Shown piece by piece: positions 34,701-47,520 of a stretch of DNA of 64,000 bases; positions within the stretch are counted from its first letter, which is position 1, and every line of letters begins with the position of its first letter. The position numbers were made by a program, and so were the translations under genes. Origin of the DNA: Lama glama (Eukaryota); the NCBI GenBank assembly GCA_028534125.1, contig CM052817.1, positions 10,356,001 to 10,420,000 on the forward strand. Direction: 5' to 3'. Below the pieces are notes generated by a model. That model saw only the letters and a list, made by a program, of their open reading frames with translations. It was not told the origin of the DNA and made no database searches.

Positions 34701-37700
34701 TTCTGAAGTTACAAAATCATCACGTGAGCAAAGATAAAAATAGTAAGAGTGACCTCACGAATCAGATGAGACAAGGCAAATACTTGCAGGTGGAAGAATC
34801 CCACACAGGAAAGCATGAACTTTAAAGCCTGGGTCGGTGGGCTCCGAAGTGGTTTGCGATGGACTCTCAGAAGCGGGTTCTGAAAAAGTGTTGGCAAGTG
34901 ACACAAGCAAATCTTATCCTTGATGGTTGTCCCTAAGGCTGCACGTAGCCTTCCCAGGGAAGCAAGACTTCAACAGAGAAGTCCGTCTCCTTCACCGTCT
35001 CCTGGCTGGACAGACGGTGCGTCTGTTAAAGACCCTGCCCTTCACTGAAATTCCATTTTGGGGTTACATAAAAACAACAATTACCGGGAAGTCAAAATTT
35101 TTAATTAAATGTATTCAAAGAGAGTACAGATTAATGCCTCTAAGCAAGAAAGTATTTAATGCTTACCGGCTGGCTCGTGCCTGCCGAAGCAAAAACCTCA
35201 CTGCCAGCGAAGCTTTTAAGTATTGATATTTCCTGCATTAATAATAGTCTAAACCACATTCATAACAATATAATTAGCAACACAAGTCCTCTCCTACAGC
35301 ACGGGAGGGCTCTGCATTATTAATTACACCAACAGAGCCTTCATGTTGAGCACCGTGCTTTAATTTTAGCTTTCAAGGTAAATGATCTTAAACCCAGGGC
35401 AGCTTCGCAGAGAAGGATGCCCCACGTACAGCTCACGTTTGTCTGGCGATCACTAAGTAACAACGGACGCTCTGTCCACGGCGCCTTTGGGGATGACGTA
35501 CGTTTCAAAGACCAAGCTTGAGTGAACTTGGCTGCACTCCCAAATTTTGTATGTGGCAAAATATGATTAATGTCTTAGTAGTGTTTATTCTGTCTTACTC
35601 TGCATCTTTACACCCACGAGCCGTCGTGGGATGCTTGTATGTGGATGAGCCAGATGTCTTACTTAGGGTCTTAGAAATCACGCCTCATCCCAACGGGCTT
35701 GCCCCACAATCGACACTGACCTCCTTCAACATTCGTTCTCGCCTCTAGTCCTGGAAGCACTCAGACCAGGGAAATGCGTGTTTTATCATCACTGGTTTGG
35801 CTAAAAACCTGTGCTGGGCCCGAGGAAGGAAACAAAATATTGAAACATAGAATTGTGCTGATTTATATTCCTCATGCAGCTTAAAAGCTCACTCATTTTT
35901 GTGCATTTTCACAAACACCAGGTCTTATCATTTAAAAAATAAGGTTGCCAATTGGAGGGATGCAAAATGATAGGAGATTTTGATTTTCATTTTTCAGCAT
36001 GAAGAGCACCGCTCAGCTGAGATCCCAACAAGGAGCAGGATGTTAGACCCAGAACGGATGAGGTCAGATTCAGATGATGCTTCCGGGGCCGGGGTGGCGG
36101 TCCCCTTGCTCCCCACCGGTCCCAGTGCTGCCCCATCTTCCTCACAGAGGCCTTCCCAATGCTGTCATTTACCTTGAGATCTCTCTGCTCAGAACACCCA
36201 TAACCCACGCTCCTCCATCACAATCTAGCAACTTATGGTTTTCTTATTCTTTATGTTAAACTAAAAAGACAACAATCATTTTAAAAAGCCTGTTTTTCAA
36301 AGATCTATTTGATATTAGATGGACACTGGGCTAACTTTCGGAGATGCCGAAATAAGTAAGACCTGCTTCCTAACCCGGAGGAGCTCTAAGCCCAGTGAGG
36401 AATACGGACAAGGGAAAGCGAAATTATAATGCAGTGCAAAAACCAAAAACACAAAGAAGATCTCTGTAGAAGTCATCAAGTGCTTTTTCTATCCCCCCCA
36501 CCTCCGCCTTACAACCTATGGGCACGTCGAGAAAACAGCAGTGCCCCTGCATTGTAACTTAATGATCGGATCCAGCATAAAGAGGAGCTTCTTGGCTGGG
36601 GTCCTACTAACTGCGTGAAGCCCCAGGGAGGCTTGACCCCCAGCGCTCTGGTCCTTCTTAACACTCAGAACGGGCGTGGCAGGGGTCTTTTGGCTCAGGG
36701 AAGGGAGTTGCTCTCTTTTTTGGGTGAGGGTCAGATAGGAGTCCCCGAAGAGGAGTGGGGGTAATGAACTCGCTTTTGAATGTGAAAAAGAATTTGCCAG
36801 GCAGAAAGGAGGGAAAGGGACGTGCAGATGTATAGAAGCATCGGGCAGGGACGGTCTATTTGGGGAGCGTCTGATAACTACGCAGGGGCGGGGAGGATTG
36901 GCAGGAAATAAAGCTGGGAGCCCATAACATGTGTATTGTCAATATTTCCGATTGTATATTTTGCAGATATTAGTATTAGGTAAAAGAATAAAAAAAATCC
37001 CAGGTGGAAGAAGTTTGGAGTAATATATTGAATGAATTAAAATTAAACAAATTTTCTGCTGGACTTCTCAAATGCCCAGGTGGCCCTCCATCCCTGCCCA
37101 GAGAAATTGGTACCTCTTTAAGATGCTTTTGCCTCAGGTGACACAAAAAACCCCGCCACCTGGGCGAGAAGGAGCCAGCAGCATGAGGCATGGGATTCTG
37201 CGTTAACTCCAGATGGCTTATGTAATGAAGAGATGTGTTCTCACCTAACAGAAGTTATCCTGGAGATGTGTTTACACTTAACAGGAAGTTATCCTAGAGT
37301 AGAGGGGATCCTGATGACGCCATCCTCGGGAATCACGTGGTATGCGCGCATGGGTCAGTCAGAAAATGGCTAGAGGAGGAGGCAGCTGGTAACTTTCCTG
37401 AGGGTTTGAGGGGATGGGGAGGGAGGCCGAGAGGGGCGAGCACAGGTCAGAAGTCAGACATGCCTGATTTTAATCCTACTCCCCATTTACATACTGTGTG
37501 GCATTAGGCCAGTTACTCAGCCTCTCTGTGCTCAAAATAAAGCATCTTTCTCAGGGGTTGCTCTGAAAAGTAAATGAGCCCCAGGTCTGGTACTGAGCTG
37601 GCACTTAGCCAGTGCTCTGTCATCAATCACAATATTACTCACTTCAGGGTTTTTTTTTTCCCCTGAAGTCATATTTATATTTTAGAGGGTTTTAAAAAAA

Positions 37701-37724
37701 ATTAATATATATTTTAAATATTTG

Positions 37725-38355
37725 TTTAGGTTTTTTAATTTTTTAAAGGTTATGCTCCGTTCATAGTTATTATAAAATGTTGGCTACAGTCCCCGTCTTG
37801 TACAATGTATCCTTGTAGCTTCTTTTATACCTGACAGTTTGTACCTCTCACTCCTCTACCCCTGCATTGCCCCTCCCTCTAGTCTCTCCCCACTGATACC
37901 CACTAGGTGTATTTTTTAGATTCCACATATAAGTGATATCTATACAGTATTTGTCTTTGTCTGACTTATTTCACTGTGTAGAATGCCGTCCAAGTCTATC
38001 CATGTTGCTGCAGATCTCATTCTTTCTTACAGCTGAGTAGTATTACATTGTGTACATACACATGTCTTCTCTATCCAGTCATCTGCTGATGGACACTGAG
38101 TCTGGTTCCATAGCTTGGCCATTGTACATAATGGGGCTGTGAACACTGGGGTTTATGTATCTTTTTGAATCAGTGGGGTTTTTTATTTTTGATGTATATC
38201 CAGGAGTAGAATTGCTGGGTCATATGGTCGTTCTATTTTTAGTTTTTTGAGAGAACTCTACACTGTTTTCCACAGTGGCTGCACCAATTAACATTCCCAC
38301 CAACAGTGTGTGAGGGTTTCCTTTTTTCCACATCCTCGCTGACATTTATTATTTA
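37725..38355 (-). mobile_element. LINE-1 3' fragment
   Basis: ttttttagattccacatataagtgat...catgttgctgca...gatggacact...attgctgggtcatatggt...ttccacagtggctgcaccaattaacattcccaccaacagtg. Confidence 0.92.
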
Positions 38356-41300
38356 TAATTTTAGAAAGTTTCTGTTTTTTTGATTGTCATATACATGTTT
38401 GCATGATTGTGTGTGTGTGTGTTTTTTTTTGTTGTTTGTTTGTTTGTTTGTTTGTGTGAGAGAGAGACTTTTTCCCTTTAGATTCTTAGAAACATCATCA
38501 GGTTGTTTTTTTTTTTCCCCCTGAGTGACACTGCAAGAAAACTATGGGAGAGTTTGACGGGGAAAATACGACTTACTTTTCATTAGGTAACAACCAGTTT
38601 CCCTTGATCTCCCTTCTTTCAGAAGGAAATGTGTAAATTACTTTAGTTTCTTCCTCCTGCATGAAGACCTAGGTATAGATATGCTGCCTCCTGGGAAGGG
38701 ATAATTCAGGTCAAAACAATGATTGTGCGAAACATGTTCCAAACAAAAACTCTTTATATCCACAAGAGCCTGGTCTGTCTCCTCTTCTTTGCTTCTTTAC
38801 TGAGAGACCTTAGTCTGTGACTGACAGCGCTGGCGGAGTTGGGAATCGGGGTAACAGAGTGAGGTCAGCGCCGGCCCCTCCTACAGTTTTACGTGGTTAC
38901 AGGTCACAGCAGTTTGCAAACAGCCCCCGTGGAGTTTGGATTCTTATTCCTAATGTCCTCCTGGCAATCCTGGGGTGGGGGAGGGTCAGCGAGGGCCCCC
39001 TCCCCCTTATACAGGCACTCAAACCAGATGCTGATGTTGGGTGCAACGCCCGGCTCCCAGCTGGTCAGGGCTGCAGTGGGATTAGCATCTGGGTCCTCTG
39101 CTGCCAGGCCCCAGCTGCTCCCAGTTTCTGAAGCCCCCATTCCACTTAGTTGCCTGCGGTATAGGACCAGGAGGTCACTTATGACTTACAGGGGTCACCT
39201 GTAAGGATAAAGTGAGCCAAACTGTCAAGGGTAGAAACTCTCTTGAATTTATGTCACGTCACTTGTTTCCTTGAAATGCCAGAGCTTGGGACAAGGGACT
39301 TGGGCACAAGTGATCTGGCATTTTGGTGACCGAGGAGCTGGGCTGTGAACACAGCTCCAAGGATTCCCACCCCCACCCTTGGACGCGGCAGTGATGCTCA
39401 GGGTCTCTCTGTCCCTGCGAGTCACACCCAAACCTCGCACTCACTGGGCTCCTGTCCTGGATTCCTTATCTCCCTTCTTACTGCAGCAAAAGAGGAAAGC
39501 ATGATCAGTCCCTGATGGGTCTGGGCCACATTTCCAAACAGCAAACTCTTCTGCTTTCTCCTGGCATCAAGAAGGCATTAAGAATAAAGACTGACTTTGC
39601 GAGCCGGGCTGCTGAGTGTTGCGTATGACCTGTGAAATGAAAAATTCCTGCTCTGGGCCCAGAGGCTTCCAATCCTGCTGCAAGGGCTGTTTTCTTTTTC
39701 TATCCACTGTAAGGAAACCAGAAGAGTCCAGCAAGCAAAAACTATCACCATAGGAAAGACTCATCAGGGGACAAGGAGTGCTCTCCTGAAGCTTCATTCA
39801 ACGTGCCCTTTGCCTTCCCACCATGCTCCCCTTATCCTGGTTCATGGTTTCTGATGACTCTGGAGTTTATCCCACTCACTTGGTGAGTGCCTGCTATGCG
39901 CCACCTATAGCATCAAAAGAGGAGTTCCTAGAGTCAGCCAGAGCTCAAACCAGCTGTGGGACCTTAAGCACGAAACCTCCCTGAAGCCTCAGTTTTCTCA
40001 TCTGAGAAATATCACCTTATGAGATTGAGCCCATCGATCACCCATTCACTTATTCCTTCACTCACCAAACGTTTGCTGAGCACCTGCCACGTGCCAGGCA
40101 TTATTGTTAAGCCCTCTGTATGTATTTTTTATTTAATTATCATGACAACTCGGTGGGGGAAGTCTCTTTCGCTATCCTCACATTACAGATGAGAAAACAA
40201 AGGCAAAGATGGTTGAAGTAACTCATTCGGGGTCACACTAACAGTCAGCAGTTGAGTCAGGATTGGAATTCATGCTGTCTCAGTCCTGAGCCTGCCTTGG
40301 TGAACGACGCAGAAGCCTCCATCCCTGATCTGAAGGTGCCCACAGCCCAGTAGGGGAGACAGGGGTGACAATGAGTAAGTGGTACGTAGGCATCCTTTCA
40401 CAACAGAGCCGTGACAAAGAGAGGAACCCCAAGTTGTCTTAAGGCAGGGGGTCAAGGGAAGCTTTACAGATTGGGGGATTTCAAGTGAAGCCTTGAGGGA
40501 CACATGGTATATCCTAAGTGAAGAAAGGGAGGGAAGGCGATGGGAGCCATTTCAAGCAGAAGGAGGAAGGGGTACCAAGGTATAGGAAAGATTTTGCATG
40601 TTTGGGAGTTGGTCAGGAGTTCAGCAAGGTTGGAGAGCAGGAGACTTAGAAAAAAGAGGATAGAAACAAAGCTAGAAGGATAAGCAGAGGCTTCAATTCT
40701 CTCTGGTCACATACACACAGCAGGGCAGCCTCTGCCCGCCTTCATGTTGGTAACCATGGTGATGATAGTGGTGATGATGATAATAGATTAGATTTGCACA
40801 ACACCTAGCAGTTTATGAAACACAATCACAGACATTACAGTATATTATTTGATTCTGTGAAGAAGGCAAGGCTGGGAGTATTTTTATCCCCATGTTACAC
40901 AAAAATAGTTTAACTTCCAATTGTTGACATGAATTTGTGCCAAAGTTACTCAGCCACCCCGAAAGGCAGTGGTCAAACCATGTTTTTGTTTTTGTTTTTT
41001 TTCATTTGGAATCTAGGAGTCTATTGCTATTGCTCTTATCCAGTAAGAAATAAAAGTAATCAGATTCACTAAAAGCTCACCTTTACTCTGGCACAGTTAG
41101 TGTTCACCAAATAGCCATGTGCGTCCCTGAACCTCCCAGGATCCTGTGCAGTTGAGCCGAGGTCACGTGACCAGCTCTGCTCAACTGTCTGGGGCTGGAA
41201 GTACGGTGTCCCTTCAGGCTAAACTAGTTACTTGCTTTCTCTTAAATGCTTTCCCCCTGACTCAGCAACCTTGAACATCGTGTCTTCTAGATGGTGCAGT

Positions 41301-43023
41301 TTCAAGATGGAGGAGGGTGGTCAAGCTGGACTTTCAAAGCGAGAAATAAGTCTTTACTGGGTTAAGCCAACTGCAGTTCTGGGTTTTACCTTTACTCCAG
41401 GATGGCCTCTCCTCTCCTACCTACTGTAGTTTTCAGAATGTCGGCCTTTATTCCTTCCCTTCTCTCAGTCTTTACCTCAGATCGACATATGCCTTCTGGA
41501 GAACAGAGACACATGGAAATATTCCAGAAAACACTGCAGAAAACATGCTATTGCTAATCCCATGTTAGGACTGGCTGAGATCATTTCTCTTTCTTGCTCA
41601 AAAGTCTTCAAAGATTTTTCACTGTTTCAACAGTTGTCTGAAATACTGAGCCTGGCAAGTAAGACATTTAGTGTATTTTATTTCCCACCAGTATTTCCTC
41701 CCCAATTTACTTTCCTGCCTCAGTGGACCACTTGGAGTCCCTGCACATGTCCTTCAAGAATTATTTACAGTCTCCTCCTCTCCTATTCGATTGTAAGTTC
41801 CTAGAAAGCTGTGGCAATCACTTGGAAAAAAGAAATTCTTCACAGGAAAAGCCTGGCACAAGAGAAATGTGCATGGGATGGAATGCCACTGAAAAATGGA
41901 TCTGTGAGGAAGGACCGTTTTTCTTGCGAACTTTGAAACTCTCAAGGCAGGTTAACTGATTTTAGAAATGATACCATTTAATGTCAGATGATTCTCTGAC
42001 TAGGTTTTTCAGTCTTGGACAATTTTTATATCTATTACAAGTAATTAAGACAATACAAAATTAAGAAAATACAAAAGTTTACAGAGAAGTGCCTTATCTT
42101 TGTTTGACAAGAGCTCTATGCTTTACCTGAGAGGCTGAGTAAGCTACAGAACAAAAAAATCAGTGTTGCCTCCCAAATCGGCAGCATGAGGATTGATTAA
42201 AATTACAATGAACTGTTAAATATTAGAACTGTGCTCACTGCACAGGAGAACCTGAGTATTTGCACAGTTACGTGCAGGGCAGGGAGCTGGTGAGTTCCAG
42301 GTGATCACCATGAGTGGGGTTCCTGAATCTCTGCTTCCCTTTCTGAGTCAGACATGATAGATGACAGTCAAGTGTGTGTCATCCTGCCTGGGGCATCCCA
42401 GGTGAGGACAGGATGGCAAACAAGAAAGTCTCTGCCATACTTACAACACCTAGCATGACAGTTATCACTTCACCTCCAGCTCCAGAAGAAAGCATATCCG
42501 AACCCTATGCAAGAGAAGGACGCTACATGGATGACCTTAAATCTCATCTGATCTGTAACATAAAAAGTAAATTACACCGAATTGGGGAATTTGGCTGCCA
42601 CACGTGGTCCACTCACAACTGCCAGTGACGTGCAGGAGCTGAGAATTGCTGCTTCAGGAATTGTGTGGGGGTGATAATTGATTGCTTCATTCCTTTGGTC
42701 CAAAGGAATGAAGAGTCACCTCATCAGGTTTCCTGTGGGTGTTTCCTTTCCAAACTATTTCATGCTTCAGTGTTTCTGCTCCCTGGAGCACTTTCTGGCA
42801 AAGACTCTGCAGTCTTCTGTTTCCCAGATGCCCAGCTCACGGCCATGCACGTAGCAGCAAATCTGTAAATATTTGTCGTTTGTGATGACATCAGGGGAAG
42901 GCAAAAGAACACAAGGAAGGTCATCATCCTGATAGGCAGCCTTGTTTGCTCATTCACTAAGCTCATAATGATGCAACACCTATCGTGTGCCCGCTGGAGA
43001 TGTAGGCACTTGGCATAAAGCAG

Positions 43024-43050
43024 TGAGAGAGAGAGGGAGGGAGGGAGGGG

Positions 43051-43083
<33 letters not shown>
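43024..43083. repeat. (GA)n/(GGGA)n purine tract
   Basis: Direct reading of the sequence. Confidence 0.9.
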
Positions 43084-43609
43084 ATCTCTGCCCAGTAAAG
43101 CTCACCATCTAAAAGGGGAAGACAGAAAAGTAAAGAAATGAACAAGACATTTTGGATACAGATAAATGCCATGAAGATAATACAACACAGTTACATGATA
43201 GAAAATGGAAAAGCAGGCTCAGGAAGGTCTTTCAGAGATGACATTTGAGAAGGGCCCAATTATGTCATGGTTTGGGAGAAGATTCTTCCCAGGCTGGAGG
43301 AAGGAAAGGGTTTGGTTTATTTGATGAAGGCTGGAGTGACTGTGGCAGAATGAGAAAGGGGGAGAGGGGCAGGGACCGCATGAAAGTAACCTGATAATCC
43401 AGTCTAAGATGTTGGGGTCTCACTGTAAGTGGAAAAGGAAGCCAGTGGAGGGTAGCTTTTTGCCATTACAACCGAGGGTTGAAGCCTACAAAGAGCAGCT
43501 TTTCCCTTGGCTACCCTTGTTACCAAAGTTCAAGCAATTTGCAAGAAATATCTCATTCTCTTTTCTTTTTCAATCATTCTCTCTCTTTCTCTCCTACTAA
43601 TGACTCAGC

Positions 43610-44700
43610 AGCCAGTCTATACCAGATATTGTGCTAGACCTCGGAGACACACAGCCCACAAAAATTAAATTTCTGCTCTCACACGTCTTATAATCCAGTG
43701 GACAAAGATACACAATAAACAAACAAACACATATATAATGGCTTAGGAGATGTTAAGTTTTATGAAGGAGAAACAGAAGATCGTCAGGAGGTAGAGTTCC
43801 ATGCAAGCCTGTAGGGACATGCCGGCTGTTTTGAAAGGGGATCAGGGAGGACTTCTTTAATGGGGTAATTGATGGAAAAGGAGAGAACCCTGTGAACACT
43901 GAGGGGAAAAGCAGTTGAGGAAGCGGGGGCTGCAAGTTCAAAGGCCTATGGCAGGGAGCATCCGTGATGCCGAAGAGCAGGTGGCTGGAGGGATGAAGGG
44001 GACTGATGGGGAAGGGTTGTGGGGATGGCTGGAGTCCAGACCATAGAGGACATCATGGCCCAGCTAAGAACTTTGGATTTCATTCTGAGATTGTAAAACA
44101 TTGGAGAGTTTTGAGCAGAGGTGTTGCAGCATTATCCAATTTAACCTTAAAGTGATAACCTGGCTGTTGGGGAGAGAACAGATTGGAAACAGGGAAAGCA
44201 TTTGGACTGGTTTGGCCGCAGGAGAGGTCATCAGATTTAAGACATAGTTTGAAGATGAACCAGCAGGATTTCCCACCAGGATGCGCAGGGACTGTGAGAT
44301 GAAGAAGGGAGCAGGAGAAAGCGCCAAGGAGCCTGGGCTGAGGGCATGTGGGAAAGACAAGCGTGGACAAGAGTGGAGGAATCAATTCAGCTGCGAATAA
44401 GAGGAACTGGGTGTGTCTGGTGGACCTCCAAGTGGAAGTGTTGAGTAGGTAGTTGGATATATGGAGCTGGAATTTAAAGGGTGGTGAGGATAGGAAATAG
44501 AGATGGAGGAGTTAGCTTAGAGATTGCATTGAAAGGCACGGGGTTAAAGGAGATCTAGGAAAAAGGTGTAAAAATAGACAAGAAGAAAACTATGCACTGA
44601 GTCTTGGGAAGGAGGTTAAGAAAGGGCAACAGTGTGGGAGGAAGAAAACCAAGAGAGCATAAATCATGAGAAAAAAGGTTTCAAGAAGCAATATGAGCTG
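43610..44700 (-). mobile_element. LINE-2 relic
   Basis: Diverged L2-like motifs (ccagatattgtgctagacctcggagacac, tttggatttcattctgag, gagttttgagcagagg, gtaggtagttggatatatggagctgg). Boundaries approximate. Confidence 0.65.
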
Positions 44701-44726
44701 TCAAAGGAACGGATAACTGGATTTTG

Positions 44727-44831
44727 TTTCCTTCTTTCTCCTCTCTCCCCTCTTTCCTCCCTCTCTCCCTCCCTTCCTTTCTTCCTTCCTTCCATCCTTC
44801 CTTCCTTCCTCCCTCCCTCCCTCTCTCCCCC
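44727..44831. repeat. Polypyrimidine (CCTT/CCCT) tract
   Basis: Direct reading of the sequence. Confidence 0.9.
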
Positions 44832-46582
44832 AGTTAGACTGAGACCTAGCAGGCTGGGTATTCTCTGGTTTTCTTTCCAGAATCGAGGACTCTAGGTTTT
44901 CTCCTGATATCTCCCAAAGCATGCAAAGACAGAGTGGATAAAGATATCTCAGTACAAAATAGATAAAATCATATCTAAGTACAAAACGCATCCCTTGCAC
45001 TCTGTTACAATAATAATAGCACAACTGGTACTTTCCTTCCAACTTTTACCCGGGGAGAATTGAAAAGGCACTCCAAGTGAAGGTTCAGAATCATCAAAAT
45101 GTGTACACGGTCAGCATAAACGTCTCACTCTAGATGAATCCACATCAATTATATATTTAATTCAGCTGAGAGCTCCCCAAAGAAGGGTTATTCTGTATTC
45201 ACCAGCAAAAGTATTTCCGATAACCCTCACGGGGACCATGATTTGCCAAAATCCATGCAACCTTTTTTGTATTAATGCAGAAAAACTTGAAGGTTATTAA
45301 GTCCAGGCTTCTGACAGCCCCTGCAGTTATAAATAAAGCAGCTAATGAGAAGAAAAACTGCCCCTACCACCTTATTCCCAAATCCCCAGCCAACTTTACG
45401 CAAGAATGCTGTGACAAATGATACTTTTCACCTTTCTAACATGCCCCTTCTCCGATTATAGATTTAGATGGATAACATGACCACCAGCGTTAGGCCCTGA
45501 AGCAGATGATTGCCGCTGGCACCCACCATATGGAATTCAGGTGAAATTTCCAAGCGTCAAATGAAATCATTGTCACAGGGAAGTCTAACTCTGCAAGTGA
45601 ATTTATAAAAATTAAAAGGTCTGAGAGGTAACGCTCATGGACCCATCTGTCACATTTTTCCTCATTAAGATTTAATTGAAATGAACTCTGGTAACTGTTA
45701 AGAAAAGTTACATTCTTATTTTAGACTAGCAGATAAAAGAAGGTAATTTTTTAAGCATCCAAACTCCACTGGGGGTCAGCCCTGTGCATCACTCTTTCAC
45801 AACTGGTACCAGTGTAATCCTACTCGTGGAATTCAAAGCATAAGAAATGTCATTTATTGCTCTCAGAAACGCAGCCAAGTTTTGACATTTCAGGAGCATG
45901 AGTATCTACGTTTGAAGGCACGATTAAAACAGCTTCGGAAGAAATTCTAAAATGTGGATTGGCCCCCTACCATGTAAAACTAATTTAAAGGAAATGGAAA
46001 GTCCAAATATTATCATCTCAGATAATTACCTTATATAGACAAAGTCACCCATTTATCTGCACTTCACTATATTGTATCAGAGGGTATTCATGTAAAACAG
46101 AGTCTTGTGTATGCATAAGTGATGTGGGAGTGTTAGAATCTGAGAGGGTCCTCATTTGGGTTTTCCTAGGCTGTTAATGTGCAGCATGCCATTTAACAGC
46201 TTGCAAATGGTGTGACAGCACTGGCTACCAGGAATTCCAGCTCCAGGCTGCTCCCTTTCCCATCAGCACTGCCAAGCTGAAAAAAAAATCCAAATCCAAA
46301 ACACTGTCTTGTCAAGGTCACCAAAACCCTCTCTGCTAACCCACTGTATATGTTCCCCACTTCTCAGGTATTTGACACTGTTGCCCACGCCATCCTGTTT
46401 AATTATAATACACTCTCCCTAGGTTTCTAGGTCTTTCTCCTGACTGTCTCCTTCAATCTCTGATGGCTTCTCCTGGGTCTCTTCTCAGGTTCTCTCCTCC
46501 AAATGTTGGTCATCCCCCTACTCTTCTGTCTCAGGCCTGCTTGCATCCTTGCTCCAGACCTTCCCAGAATAAGCTCATCCAC

Positions 46583-47035
46583 TGTGATGGGTTAACCAGT
46601 GTCCACCAAAACGGTTAGATCTTAGTTCTGATCCACGCGACCTGCGTGAGCAAAATATTTGAAAACAGAGGCTTGGCAGATATAATTAAGTGAAGGAGAC
46701 TCTATCTTACGGCACTGAGGGTGGATCTTACATCTAATGGCAGATGTTCTTATGAGAGAAGGAGAGGACACAGAGACACACAAGGGGAGGATGGCCATGT
46801 AAAGATGGAGGCAGAGGCTGGAGTGATGCTGTCTCAAGCTAGGGAACACCTGCGGCCACCAGCAGCTGGAAGAGACAAGGAAGGATGATTCCCTAGAAAC
46901 TTCACAGGGAGCATGGCTCTGCCAACTCTTTGATTACCTCCTTTTCGCTTCGAGAATTTTGAGACAATACATTTCTGTTGATTTAAGCCTTCAAGTCTGT
47001 GGTCGTTTGTTACAGCGGCCTTAGGAATGAATACA
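46583..47035 (+). mobile_element. MaLR (MLT1B/C-like) solo LTR
   Basis: TG...CA ends; ggccatgtaaagatggaggcagaggctggagtgatgc and aatacatttctgttgatttaagcc; flanks TCCAC and TTCAC (TSD with one mismatch). Confidence 0.88.
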
Positions 47036-47274
47036 TTCACCCCAGTGAGACATTAAGGGGCACTTTAAGCTAATGACCCAATTCCACAGCTGCAGCCCAG
47101 ACCCTCTGGACCTCAGCACCTGTCTGGGATGTCTTCCAGGCAGCTCCCTCTCAAGACACACCCCCAGCCTCGGGGTCCGGCCGGCTCCTTGTTGATTCTG
47201 CTGCTGAAGCTTGGAATTCACATCATTAGTCGAGAACTGTCTACGCAACCAAACTGCACCCTAATTGGAGAGGC

Positions 47275-47520
47275 AGCAGCACGATGCAGGAGCTAAGAAC
47301 AGGGACTCTAGAACCTGAAAGCTTGGGCTCGAAGCCTCACTCAGGCACTTTGTTCTGATTGTTTCAACTTGGGTAAGTTTTCCACTTTATGACTTCAGTT
47401 TTCTCATCTGCAACACAGAATAACAATAATACTCACCCAGTGAGCATTATGAGGATTAAATTAACTGCTATTTGTAAAGGGCTTAGAAGACTTGCCCGCA
47501 CACAGAAAGTGTTATTTGTT
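47275..47520 (+). mobile_element. MIR SINE relic
   Basis: cttcagttttctcatctgcaac...aataatactcacc...tgaggattaaattaact...tgtaaagggcttagaa. Confidence 0.75.

Noticed and set aside
37641..37669. Hairpin acttcaggg-(T)n-ccctgaagt resembling a terminator
   Set aside because: Eukaryotic intron beside an L1 tail; the short stem is compatible with chance.
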